Below are positions 1 through 12,239 of a stretch of DNA of 64,000 nt, piece after piece. A program made the translations under genes and the position numbers. Below the pieces are notes generated by a model. That model was not told where the DNA came from. It saw only the letters and a list, made by a program, of their open reading frames with translations, and ran no database searches. The number at the start of each line of letters is the position of its first letter. Within the stretch, counting starts at the first letter, position 1. Source of the DNA: Hemiscyllium ocellatum (Eukaryota); the NCBI RefSeq assembly GCF_020745735.1, contig NC_083401.1:52511740-52575739 (forward strand). Direction: 5' to 3'.

Positions 1-183
1 CAGGAAAATCGACATTTTGGGCAAAAGCCCTTCATCAGGAATAGAGCTGCTCTATTCCTGATGAAGGGCCTTTGCCCGAAACGTCGATTTTCCTGCTCCT
101 TGGATGCTGCTTGACCTGCTGTGCTTTTTCAGCACCACTCTAATCTAGACTCTGGTTTCCAGCATCTGCAGTCCTTGTTTTTA
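1..183 (+). mobile_element. PLE terminal-repeat mini-element (family A), fold-back, inserted in the Gypsy 5' LTR
   Basis: Positions 1-46 are an imperfect inverted repeat of 50-95. The sequence matches the termini of the coding PLEs at 24160-24290 and 28940-29030. Confidence 0.8.
58..85 (+). ncRNA. Minimal type-I hammerhead ribozyme motif (family A)
   Basis: CTGATGA(58-64)-A-GGGC(cttt)GCCC-GAAAC-GTC(83-85): intact core, 4-bp stem II, palindromic ACGT stem III. Confidence 0.75.
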
Positions 184-384
184 CCCTTTGAATAAAATGT
201 GCTTTGTTTCAAGCCTGGTAGTTTGACCAATTGAATTGCATCCAGAAAACAATGCCTTACAGTTGCCCTTAGGGTCTTCTTTATATACTGTGAGGAGATT
301 GGTCTGGTCCATAATAATCCCGAATTCCAGTTTGGATTTAAGATTATTTGACTCAAAGGCAGTGAATGGTGTTTTTTTATTAGT

Positions 385-1385
385 GAGTTTTGAGAAGATT
401 TGTAGCTCAGGCTGAGGTTCTGGATGTAAGTTTGCTCTCTGAGCTAGAAGGTTCGTTTTCAGACATTTCATCACCGTACTAGGTAACATCATAAGTGAGC
501 CTCCAGTGAAGCACTGGTGGTATGATCTGCTTTTTATTTGTGTTTAGGTTTCCTTGTGTTGGTGATGCTATTTCCTGTGGTGATATCATTTCCTGTGGTG
601 ATGTAATTTCCTGTTCTTTTTCTCAGGGGGCGATAATGGGATCCAAGCCAATGTGTTTGTTGATCGAGTTCCAGTTGTGTGCCATGCTTCTAGGAATTCT
701 TGTGCATGTCTCTGTTTGGGTATTCCTAGGATGGATGTGCTGTCCCAGTCAAAGTGGAGTCCTTCCTCATCTGTATATAAAATTACTAATGAGCATGGGT
801 CATGTCTTTTTGTGGCTAGTTGATGTTCATGTATCCTAGTGGCTCATTTTCTGAACGTTTGTCCAATGTAATGTTTCTTATAGTTCTTGCAAGGTATTTT
901 GTGAATGACATTAGTTTTGCTTGTTGTATGTATAGGGTCTTTCACGTTCATTAGCTGCTGTTTTAGTGTGTTGGTGGGTTTGTGGGCTACCATGATGCAA
1001 AGGGGTCTGAGTATTCTGGCAGTCATTTCCAAGATGTCGTTGATGTAGAGAAGAGTGGCTCAGGTTGCTGGATGCATATTGTCTGCTTGTTTGGTTTTGT
1101 TGCTGAGAAATCGGTGGACTGTGTTCATTGGGTACCTGTTTTATTTAATACACTGTATCGGTGATTTCCCTCTGTTCTGCATATTTTCTCTGTGCTGTAG
1201 TGTGTGGTGGCTCATTGAAATAATATTCTAATGTAGCTCTGTTTGTGGGTGTTGGGTTGGTTGCTTCTGTAGTTCAGTATTTGGTCTGTATGTGTTGTTT
1301 TCCTGTAGACGCTAGTTTGAAGTTCCCCATTGGCTGTTCGCATGATTGTGACATCTAGGAATGGCAGTTTGTTGTAGTTTTCCTA
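385..1385 (-). mobile_element. Penelope/Poseidon-like PLE 3' fragment (family B)
   Basis: ORF 844-1032 (VAHKPTNTLKQQL..KDP..NVIHKIPC..YIGQT) is a GIY-YIG endonuclease. The terminal repeat at 385-520 holds a decayed hammerhead at 462-495. Confidence 0.85.
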
Positions 1386-1678
1386 CTCATTTGGAATTGG
1401 CAGACAAGTGGGAGTTGGGTTTGCCTTTTGTTCATGCAGAAAGGGCAGCTAATTGCAGCAATAACTTGTCATTTACGTTTGCTTGAAATGCCATTGGAAC
1501 AATTGGAAATGGCTAAAATTCAATCAAAAATGAAGCAGCTTGAACATGAAAAGGAAATGTAACAGTTTGAAATACGATTAAAAATACAGGAAAAAATAAA
1601 AGGAAAGGAAGGCCCTAGTAGAAAAAAAGGAGAAAGGGAGAGTTTTTAAACTTCAGAAGTTGGAACTGAAAACTCAAA

Positions 1679-1841
1679 GCGCAGCAGGTCAGGCAGCATC
1701 CAAGGAGCAAGAGATTCGATGTTTCAGGCTAAAGCCCTTCATCAGGAATGTCTTGCTCTTTGGATGCTGCCTGACCTGCTGCGCTTTAACCAGCAACATA
1801 TTTTCAGCTCTGATCTCCAGCATCTGCAGACCTCACTTTTT
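1679..1841. mobile_element. PLE fold-back mini-element (family A) with 14-bp TSD
   Basis: ACTGAAAACTCAAA at 1665-1678 and 1842-1855; internal inverted arms; hammerhead-like core on the minus strand at 1718-1745. Confidence 0.85.
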
Positions 1842-4800
1842 ACTGAAAACTCAAACCCAACTTGAAACGGCAGAGGTAGAGAGGAAAGGTAGGAGAAGTC
1901 ATGAGGTCTGAGATGGAGAGCAATCCCATCATAGCCAAAGAATTGGTCAGGAACTGTTTAAATATGCCAAAGATCACCAAGAAGCATGTAGAAGCCTTTT
2001 TCATTTCCTTTGAGCAACAATGGCTGTACAAATGAAATGTCTGGTGACCATGTGGGTATTGTTGATTCAAACAAAGTTGGTAGGTAAAGCTAGTGAAGTA
2101 TTTGCATTACTATCAAAGGAAGTATCTGGGGAGCAGATGGCTGAAAAAGAGCCATCTTAAGTGCCTGTGAGCTAGTACTAGAAGGCTACAGACAACATTT
2201 AAGGAACCTATGGAAGGACCCTGGTCAAATGTACATTGAGTTTCAAAGGATCAAACAAGGTAATTTTGATTGGTGGAGAAGGGCATTGAAAATAGATCAA
2301 ACATATGATGCTCTTAGAGTGACGGTTATTTTGGAGGAGTCCAAAAATTCACTTCCTCATGTGGAAGAGCAGAGAGTTAAGACTGTAACATTAGCAATGA
2401 AAATGGCCAATGATTATAAGTTGGTTCATAAATCAAAGTTTGGCTTCTGATATCAATTTCAATCTGTGAAAGATAGACATTGAGCAAATGCAAAATCCTC
2501 AGGTGAAAAGGGAAAAGGAGATCTCACTGAAGATAATACAAATTGTTTACCACAGGGTAAAAAGGAAACTCATGAGGGGGAAAGAGAAGTAAAAAAGCTC
2601 AGGTATTTCCACTGTAATAAGGTGGGCTACATGAAATTGCAGTGTTGGTGGTTTAGGAAAAGCACTGGGAAGACGAAAGTGGGAAAACTGGATAAGCCAG
2701 TGAGTTTGTTGAAGTGGTAAAGAAATTCACACAGGAAGCGAAATAGTTGCAATAGTTCTTGGTTGAGAATAAAGTGACAAATCTCATTCAAGAATTTACT
2801 TGCATGGCTAAGGTTTGCTTACGTATGCCAGAAGGAGTAGTTAAGAAATTAAGATTTTATGAGATCCTGGAGAAAATCAATCTTTGATGGTGAGAGATGA
2901 GGAGATATGTAATTCAAAAGGAGTATTGCTAGTATAAGATGATAATATGTGAAACTCATGGTGTGAGGAACAGTGTTCCATTATACAAAGTGAGATTTGT
3001 GAGTCTAGTGAAAAGTGGTGAAGTGGTGACAGGAATAATAGAGAAATTTTCTGTTCCAGACATTAAGTTTATCCTCACAAATGATATAGTTGGATCACAG
3101 GTGGGATGATGCCTACTGTGGTTGAAATGACCAACAGAAAATCAGGCAATGAGGTGTTAGAGAAAGTATATCCTGGGACTTTTCCTGACTGTGTGGGAAC
3201 AAGGTCATAAAGCCACAGGTGGAAACAGGAGGAGAAATCAAAGAATAAAGGTAAAGAAGTTGAAATTATCAGAAATTATGTTTGATCAAATAGTTGAGCA
3301 AAAAAGCAAGAACAAGTGGATGACAAAGTGAACATTTTTTGTTCAGAGAAATTAGCTGAATTACAATAGAAAGATGAAAAATTAAAGGAGTTGCATCAAA
3401 AAGTGTATCCCAAAATGTTACTATCTTAAAAAATTACATCTTAATGAGAAGATGGAGACAATCACATATTCAAGCAATTTTTAGTGGGCCTTTTCAAATT
3501 AAAAGGAAATTGAGTGAGATGTATTATTTAACAAGAATTCCAGATGGAAAGAAATCTCACAGAGTATGTGATGTGAACATACTCAAAAGGCATTTTGATA
3601 CGGAAGGAAAGCAAAAGGAGAATGTGTTGCTAGTTACAACACAGAGTGAAGAACCAAGTTCTGATGGTTCTGAATTAGACATTCCTCAAATTAAATTGGA
3701 CAATGAGGAAGTTCTCAAATATTAGCTGAAATTATTTAGCTATCTTCCAGAGGAAAATCAAAATGATCTGAAAGAATTACTACAATCACATGAGGAGATA
3801 TGTGGGTATAAGCTGGGAAGTGCTGATCTTACTACGCATGATGTTGATATAGGAAATACTGTTCCAATTAAACAACATCCTTATGGACTTAACCCTCTTA
3901 AAGTTGGCACAAGTTCAACAAGAGATTGACCAGATGCTCAAAGGCAACACAAATGAAGTGAGTTGCGGCAACTGGACCTCACCAAAAGTAATTGTGCCAA
4001 ACTCAGATAGCACCCAATGATTATGTGTAGACTATTGCAAAGTCGATGCAATTACAAAATCTGATCCATCTCCTATTTGGAAGACAATATTTCGGAGGTG
4101 GGACAAGCAAGTTATATTATAAATTGGACTTATTCAGAGGATACTGGCAGGTACCTTTATCCAAAAGAGTGAAAGAAAGTTTGGTTTTCATGACATCGAA
4201 TGGACTGCAACAATTTAAAGTCATGCCATTTGGCATGATATATGTGCTAGCTATATTTCAATGACTAACTAATAAAGTGTTTTTGAGATTATCAAATTGT
4301 GTGGTGTACATTGATGATCTGGTGATTTTTAGTCACACATAGAAGGAGTATTTGGAGCATATAATTAGAATAGTTCGATTGACTTCAGGAGGAGGGTTTG
4401 GTGGCAAACTTGGCAAAAAGTGAGCTCATAGAAGTCCAAGTCATATTCCTGGGCCATGTCATTGGACATGGAAAGATGGCCCCATTGGATGTGAAAACTA
4501 AAGTTATTGGAGAGTTTCCCATGCCATCAACAAAAAGGGAAATACTACAATTCCTGGGATTGAGTGTTTTTTATCATAAATTTGCACCAAATTTTAGCAG
4601 TGTGGTTGCTTCACTGACTGACTTGTTGAAGAAGTGCAGAAAATTTCAGTGGGCAGAGGAATGTTAGAAGACACTTTGCAACCCGAAAGCTGTGTTAACC
4701 ACTGCCCCAGTGTTAGCCATACCTAATTATGTAAAGTCATTCAAGATGGCTATCGATGCAAGTGTTGGTGGGTGTTGTTGTGCTCTTACAAGATGACAAC

Positions 4801-5266
4801 AAGAAGGCAGAAAGATCTATTGGATATTTTTCCAGAAAATTTAATAACCATCAACAGACATATTCCACAACTGAAAAGGAGACCTTGAGTCTGGTGTTGG
4901 CAATGCAACATTTCACATTTATATTACCAGTAACGTGTCTGGGACAATTGTATATACTGATTATTAACTTTTCAAGTTTTTGGAAAAAAATGTTTAGATG
5001 GGGCTTATTATTGCAGCTATTCAATTTGAAAATTATACATTGGCAGGACGAGAGAACATAATTGCCAATGCCTTGTCGTGACTTTGATGACGGAAGTAGA
5101 AGGTATTCGGTGGTGGGAAAAAACTGACTGAAATGGACTGGAGTAGCGAATATTTGCGTGTTTAGAGTCAATGTAATGAATATGTATTATAATGTACTAA
5201 CAGTGTAAGACTAAAGGTTTTTAAGAATAAAGCCATCTTTGTATATTGATGGTCCTTGTTTTTCTT

Positions 5267-5898
5267 TGATGATACCCTGGCTTTAAAAGATGTAGTTTGT
5301 CCTTGGTTTTCTTTATGATGAGAGGTTAAGGCAGATGTAGAGAGTGGTCTGCTCAAAGCCAATAAACTAAACAGCTTGTGAGGCCTTGCCGTTTTCTTTT
5401 TTCAAATTTAAACAATAGAAGCAGCCTGAATGGGTGGGGTCATGCTCCCACAAAAACAGGATTTTTTAATGTAAGCCTTTAGTAGCAGTTGCTGTAATCT
5501 TGAAGCTTGATGTGGAAGGTTTTATTCTTGTCTCTGTTAGAGCTAAAAGCTGGGATTCTCTTCCTGCGACTAGAACTACATGTGAGACCATCTATTTTGC
5601 TGAATTTGCCTTTGCCAAGGGTGTGTTTATGGGATGTTGCTATTTTGGAAAAGTTAGTTAGTAGCAGTTAATATACATAGTATTTTATTAAGCATTTCAA
5701 TAGAGTTACAGTTAAGCAGTTCTTTTATTTTATTTTTATTTTGTCTATATTATAATCATAGTGTAAGAAGTGTATTTTGTTTCAAGTCTGGTAGTTTAAC
5801 CAATCAAAATGCCTTACACTTATCTCTAAAATAAGATAAAGTTTGGATTGCGATGATTTTCTTAATGCATTTTGAGGAAATTTAGTCGGCCCATAACA
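5267..5898 (+). repeat. 3' LTR of the Gmr1-like element
   Basis: TG...CA-bounded segment after RNase H; its distal part is homologous to 185-317. The left boundary is approximate. Confidence 0.65.
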
Positions 5899-5934
5899 GA
5901 CCTATTACAGTTAGTTATAATCAGCCTATACAGA

Positions 5935-6735
5935 CATAAGTCATAGGGCCAATCAGCATGGAAACAGGTTCTTCGGTCCAGCCAGTCCATGCCAAATATA
6001 ATCCCAAACTGAACTAGTCCCACCTGCCTGCCCCTGGCCTATATCCCTCCAAGTGCTTCCAATTCATGTACTTATCCAAATGTCTTTTAAATTTTGTAAT
6101 TGTACTCACATCTATTACTTCCTCAGGAAGTTCATTCCACAAGCGAACCACCCTCTGTGTAAAAAAACTTGCCCCTCTAGTCCTTTTTTAAATCTCTCTC
6201 CTCTTACCCTAACAAAATGGCCCCTTATCTTGAAATCCCTCTATCCTAGGGAAAAGACAACAAACATTAACTCTATCTAGATCCTTTGTTATTTTATAAA
6301 CTTCTGTCGGATCACCTCTCAACTTCTTACTGTCCAGTGAAGAAGGTTCCAGTCTATCCAGTCCTTCTTTATAAATCAAACCTTCCATACCTGGCACTAT
6401 CTTGTAAATCTCTTCTGAACCTTCTCCGGCCTAATGATACCTTTCCTATAACTGGGCAACCAGAACTGGACACAGTATTCCAGAAGAGATTTCACCAATG
6501 CCCTGTACAACCTCAACATGACTTCCCAACTCCTATATGTAAAGGACTGAGCTATAAAGGCAAGTGTGCTAAATGTCTTTTTAATTACCTTGTCTATATG
6601 TGATGGAAACTTTGAAGAATTATGTACCAGACCCCTTTTGTTCCAAAACTTTGCCCAAGGTCCTATCATTAATAGCATCGGCCCTATCCTTGTTTATCGT
6701 ACCAAAGTGAAGTACCTCACATTTTTCCAGATTGA
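5935..6735 (-). mobile_element. CR1/HER1-like LINE 3' fragment
   Basis: Minus-strand ORFs LYRALVKSLLEYCVQFWLP..KVQKRFTR and KKLRGDPTEVYKI; CR1 3' tail. Confidence 0.9.
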
Positions 6736-7692
6736 ACATGTTAGAATACACTTCTGTATCAAGTGGGAGCTGCACACAGGCTTTGTGACCCAGAAGTAGG
6801 GACACTACTTATGATTCATTGTATAGTAGACTGATCTGAGTGACCAGGAAAAATTCATGTCAAGTTCTTTGAGGAAATAGAGTTTGTAACATTGTTTGAA
6901 CCTAACCACTAGAGGGAGAAGTAATGATTTTCCTTCAAGCAAAGCATGCTGGGCAGAATAATATCACAGTGGCTGTCTGTGCTTTAAATTCAATATCCTC
7001 ACTATAAAAAATGTAGGCACATGAAAAAATAGTAAATATTTGTTTTGTTGATAAGCCAATGCTCCTTTTTTTACAGGACACAGCCTATCTAAACTAATAT
7101 TCCTTCCCAAGATGTATAGTGTGAAAAAGAATGATGCCTAAAGTTTTGTGCAATAGTCCTCACAGTAATCCACCATCACCCACAACACACCTATCCTAGA
7201 GGATGAAAATGTACATTTTCACAAACTAAAGATTTCTTCAGAGCATGGAATCAGATGCTGATATTTCAAAATTAAATGAAGGTATGGCTATTTTAACATT
7301 GGATCCACCCTTCTGAAAGCCCCATGACATATACCGTAAAGATGCCAATTGTAAAGTGGTCTTTATTTTTCTTGATCGGTCTTTACTTGCCCTTGCCACA
7401 TGCGTATATATCTGATGGACCACTAACAGATGAAAATCTTGGACTACCTGACCCAACTGTAACTCTGATCCAGCCAATGTGATGCAGGATGAATTCTGAT
7501 TTTTACCAGGTCTGACTATGTCAAAGAATTTAGAAGTGCATGGTTTTACTCCAATGCTAAGATAATGATCAAATTCATTATCTCTCCAAAATTTACCGTC
7601 TGATGTCTTGGAAGTAAAGAAATTATAATGTTATATCTTTTCAAGAAAACATTTATTCTTTGCAACATGCTTACACCTCAAAATATTAATTT

Positions 7693-8025
7693 CATAGCAT
7701 CCCTACAATGTGGAAATAAGCCCTTCGGCTCAACAAGTCCACACCCACCCTCCAAAGAGTAACCCACCCAGACACATTCCCCCTACCTTATATTTACCCC
7801 TGACTAATGCACTTAACCTACACATCCCAAAATGCTACGGGCAATTCAGCATAGTCAATTCACCTAACCCGCACACCTTCGGACTGTGGGAGGAAACCAG
7901 AGCACATGGAGGAAACCCACGCAGACATGGGGAGAATGTGCAAACTCCACACAGACAGTCACCTGATGATGGAATTGAACCTGGGTCCTTGACACTGTGA
8001 GGCAGCAGTGCTAACCACTGAGCCA
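7693..8025 (-). mobile_element. HE1 SINE (V-SINE)
   Basis: tRNA-like A/B-box head, V-domain TGTGTGGAGTTTGCACATTCTCCCC and CR1-like tail. Confidence 0.88.
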
Positions 8026-8499
8026 GGTTAACACAGCATGATATTCCAAATGTGTGATGAAATCATCACCATCACTTCAATTTCCTTGAAGCTTGAAAAT
8101 AATTCTTTCTGTCCTCAGTGTGTGTAATGATACTCAGATTTTAAAAATTGTAAAGCGGCGGTGACTATTAACGAAGTGATCTCTCTCCCTCAGTCTCTAC
8201 ATGCACCTTGCAAAATTCACCATTTTTTGTGTTTGATGGAGTGCTGGTTGAGTACAATTGATGTACCTTAGGAGAATGCCTTTTTCCAATTGTTGGAGGA
8301 ATGTGACTTATCAAAATTTATTTGGAATCACATTGTTCATGGGGCTTACTTTAAATTGAAGCAAGACTACTGGGTCAATTTTTCTGTTGGATCTGACAGC
8401 TTAATTTGAAATGAATTTGTTTAGAGTCAATCCAATTCCTGATGGAAAGAACATACAACCCAAGACTTCCTCTAACTCAGCTTGACTTAGCCATTTCTC

Positions 8500-9970
8500 T
8501 AAGACCTCAAGATTGTAAGACACAGAAGTAATTAGCAGGCCATTCAGCCCACGGAGCCTGCACTGATATTCATTGAGATCATAGCTGATCTGATAATCCT
8601 CAATTCCACTTCCCTGCCATTTTTCCATAACGCTGGATTCCCTTCCTGATAAAAAATCTATTAATCTCAGAATATAGTTAATGATTCAATCTCAACAGTT
8701 CTCTGTGGTAAAGAATTCTACAGATTCACAATTCTCTGAGATTTGCTGATAATTGTTCCTTTCTATGACAAAGTGTTGTGGATGAAACCAGATTTTACGT
8801 TATTTTGAATTTGGTACTGTGTAATGTGGCAAGTTTAATAAATGACCCGAGAGCAAAAGACCCCCTCAGAAGTAATGACCATAACCTGGTAGAATTTATT
8901 ATTTACTTTGAGAGTGAGACACTTGGGTCAGAAAAAACTGTTTTAAACTTAAATATTAATTTAATATTTAAGTTAATTACAAAGGAATGAGGCCAGAGTT
9001 AGCTGAAGTGAATTGAGGAAAAAAATTAGTAGAAAAAATATTTAACGACCAATGAAAACATTTAAGAAAATAGTTTATACCTCATAACAACAATCTCTCC
9101 CAGTGAGGAAGAAAGATTCTAAGAACCAACCATGCTGAACCAAGAAATTTAAGGATAGTATCAAATTGAAAGGAACAACAATGTGGTAAAGGATAGTGTT
9201 AAGCCAGAGGATTGGGATAGTTTACTAAAAAACCTAAAGAAGATCAAGAAAAAAATGGAGAAAATATGCTTTGAGTGTAAACTAGCATGTAATTTCAAAC
9301 AGATTATAAGAGCTCCTTTAAATATATAAAAGCTGAAGCTTGGAGAATGAGACTAGGGAAATAATAATGGAAATCATGAAATGGATGAAGTGTTGTATAG
9401 ATACTTTGCATCAATCTTCACAATAAAATACATCAATTGCATTTCTGAAGTAATAAGTAATCAAAGGGAAAAGGGGAGAAAGGAAACAGCTGGCCAATAT
9501 CAAGGAAAATCACTTGAGAAAATATATGGGGAGACTAATCTGGCTAAAGACAAATAAGACTCCTGGATGAGTTGAATCCTAGATTATTAACAAAGTAATT
9601 ATAGAGAGAGTGGATGCACTGGTAATGCATTGTAAGAATTCTTAGATTTCCCTGAAAACTGGAAAACTGCTGATGTACCACCCTTATTCAAAAAGTGAAG
9701 GTGAGAAAAATCAGTTAAATATAGGCCAGTTAGTTTACATACAAGTCATTAATGCACTTTCTAAGTAATGGTGGTCCCAAAATGGATCCCTGTGACATTC
9801 CACTATTTACAGGTTGCAATTCCGAAAATGTCACCCTTATACCAACTTTCTGACTTCTACTTGTTAGCCATTCCTTGATCCATACTAGCATATAACACCA
9901 TGGGCTCTTACCTTATTACCTTTTGCATGGCACTTTATCTGATGCCTTTTGGAAATCCAAATATATCCAA
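8500..9970. mobile_element. Old CR1 LINE fragments (tail on - 8500-8750; body on + 8770-9740; RT on - 9770-9970)
   Basis: Endonuclease end (PLRSNDHNLVEF) and decayed PENWKTADVPPLFKK motif. Confidence 0.75.
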
Positions 9971-10044
9971 TTTTTCTTCTTAATCAATATCCAAATTCTA
10001 AACAGTTCTCAATCCTCAGGCTTGTTACTTCTCCTAAACCCGAA

Positions 10045-10170
10045 ATATCTGTGGATGCTGGAAATCAGAAGCAAAACCATAATTTATTGGAAAAACTCAG
10101 CAAGTCTGGCAGCATCTGTGGAGAGAAAGCAGAATTAATATTTCAGGTCCAGTGACCCTTCTTCAGAAAA
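10045..10170 (-). mobile_element. PLE terminal-repeat solo element (family A variant)
   Basis: GATGCTGGAAATC..GGAAAAACTCAGCAAGTCTGGCAGCATC; the minus strand reads CTGAAGA-AGGGTC..GACCT-GAAA. Confidence 0.7.
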
Positions 10171-10896
10171 CCCTTTGTTTGATCCAAGGCTAGAATAATT
10201 TTGACGTTTTACTAAATTGCAGTACATTACAGGTACGAAACGTCTCTTTCATTAGTTTTTCCAAATGAATGTCCAAAATATTTTGCATGGTGATTTGGTT
10301 ATAAAAGTTCCTCAGATTTGAGGAAAATACTCAGATGTTTGCCATTGCTTGGTCCCACAGTGACAGTGTGCACTCTTTGTGCAACCTACCCACACTGAGA
10401 AAAATAACATGATTTGTATGGCCTTTCAGCCTGATGGGAACAAGAAAATGTGATTTTTTTTAGGACGACTTGGTTCATCTTTAGCATTGTGATAAGGACA
10501 GTATTTTTTTCCACTCCAGCAAACAGTTTTCAATTCCCATTGAATTTAGCAATATCAATAGACTCTGTAGGCTGAGGTCATCAAACAAGGGTTGACTCAT
10601 GTCATGTACTATGACATCATTCTTTGAAATCAAGACTGCAACTATCTTCTGTGCATAATAATTTTGAAAATACCATCATCAAAGTGGAAATCAAGAAACT
10701 ACAGCCACAACAAAGATCATACATTCTTCAATTTTACTTTCGAATTTATATTATTATCTTGGGATTAAGTGCTCATAAAAGTACTGCCAGATAAATGAGG
10801 TAGCTAATAATATTATCATTTAACACAAGCACATAAGAATTAAGAGCAGGAGTAGGCCTTTGGCCCCTCAAGCCTGCTCTGCCCTTCACTAAGATC

Positions 10897-11019
10897 CTGA
10901 GGAAGGGTAACACCTGAAACATCGACTTCTACACCTCCTGATGCTGTCTGGATTGCTGTGTTTTTCCAGCCTCCTGGCTGTCTACTTTGGATTCCAGCAT
11001 CTGCAGTTTTTTTTTGTCT
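10897..11019 (+). mobile_element. PLE solo terminal repeat inserted in a CR1 tail, 13-bp TSD
   Basis: CTTCACTAAGATC 10884-10896 and CTTCACTATGATC 11020-11032; begins CTGAGGA-AGGGT-AAC-ACCT-GAAAC-ATC. Confidence 0.8.
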
Positions 11020-11202
11020 CTTCACTATGATCATGGCTGATTTGATTGTGGCCCTAGCTCCATCTTCCTGCCTACTGCTCCTAATCTTTGACTCTCTGGT
11101 CAATCAACAATCTGCTCATCTTAATACATTCAATGTCTCAGCCTTCACTGGTGACTGTGGTAGAATTCCAAAGGCTACTGACCCTGGGAGATGAACATCT
11201 TT

Positions 11203-11480
11203 GTGGTATCACGGTGGTTCATGGGTTAGCACTGCTCAGGTGACTGTCTGTGTGGAGTATGCACATTCTCCCCATTTCTGCATAGGTTTCCTCTGGGTGC
11301 TGTGGTATTCACTTAGGTGGGTGGGTCATGCTAAATTGCCCATAGTATCCAGGGATGTGTAGGCTCGGTGGATTAACCATGGGAAATGCAAGGTTACAGA
11401 GATGGGGTGGGGATGGATGGTCTACTCTTTGGAGGGTTGGGTGGACTTGATGGGCCTACTGGCCTGTTTCCACACTGTAG
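11203..11480 (+). mobile_element. HE1 SINE (internally deleted)
   Basis: V-domain and GGCCTGTTTCCACACTGTAG tail; sits inside a minus-strand CR1 tail (~10830-11535). Confidence 0.8.
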
Positions 11481-12239
11481 TTCTGACTTAAGTGACAAAC
11501 CCCTTATTTTGAAACTGTGTTTCCTAGTTTTAGATAAAGTTTCTTGCTTTCTTGGGTGTAAATGATGCTTACAGTATAAATTGATTTTCTCAAACTTAGG
11601 CTATATTAGAGTGCAATTAACTTTGTTATTAATATTTATTTGACTTAAATAAAATATACGCACACAGAAAACATTTTGAAAAGACAGCAACAAAAAATTG
11701 CCTTAAAATATTCCACTGTGAAATGTAGTGGATAAACCTTAATTTCTAATGAGTGTCTATTGTAAAATGCTTATAATGGTATAAGTGTGTAATTCTGACA
11801 AAGAGTTCAATAATACGAACATGGGCTTTTCAAAAAAGAATTACACTAAACAAATTCTCTATCTGATTCTCACTCTAATTGTAATAGGATTAAACAATAT
11901 TAACAATTGGTCTAAAATCTACAAGGAAAGCTATTGGTAATGCTTGGCATCTGTGCTGTGTCTGGATATTTATTGGTAATGTTGGGATAAATATTGCTGT
12001 GTGGTAGTGAACAGTATCTACCACTAGGGGTCATGAAATATCAGGAAGGATAAATACAAATGAACAAAGTTAAAGTGATGACATTTTGTTTTACCTCATG
12101 TAGGTGTCCAAATATGATAAGCGTACCATTTGCGTCTAAATTTGAAACAAACACTCCCGCTCTGCTGTCACGTACACACATCTACAGAGCACAATGATGA
12201 GCAAGTTCAATGGTCCAATGGTCATTTGCAAATCCCAAA

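Larger units (their letters stand above)
185..5898 (+). mobile_element. Decayed Gypsy LTR retrotransposon, Gmr1-like (gag-PR-IN-RT-RH)
   Basis: 5' LTR end ~185-317 matches the 3' LTR end ~5770-5898 (TTTGTTTCAAG.CTGGTAGTTT.ACCAAT...CCATAA). Decayed gag Zn knuckle (FHCNKVGYMKLQC) ~2607-2645; protease IL*DPGENQSL ~2855-2885; integrase C-terminal FSGPFQI ~3480; RT KLDLFRGYWQVPL and YIDDL ~4120-4320; RNase H YSTTEKE ~4860. Many stops and frameshifts. Confidence 0.88.

Noticed and set aside
10356-10400. CACAGTG heptamers as V(D)J recombination signals
   Set aside because: No nonamer at 12/23-bp spacing and no Ig/TCR segments nearby.
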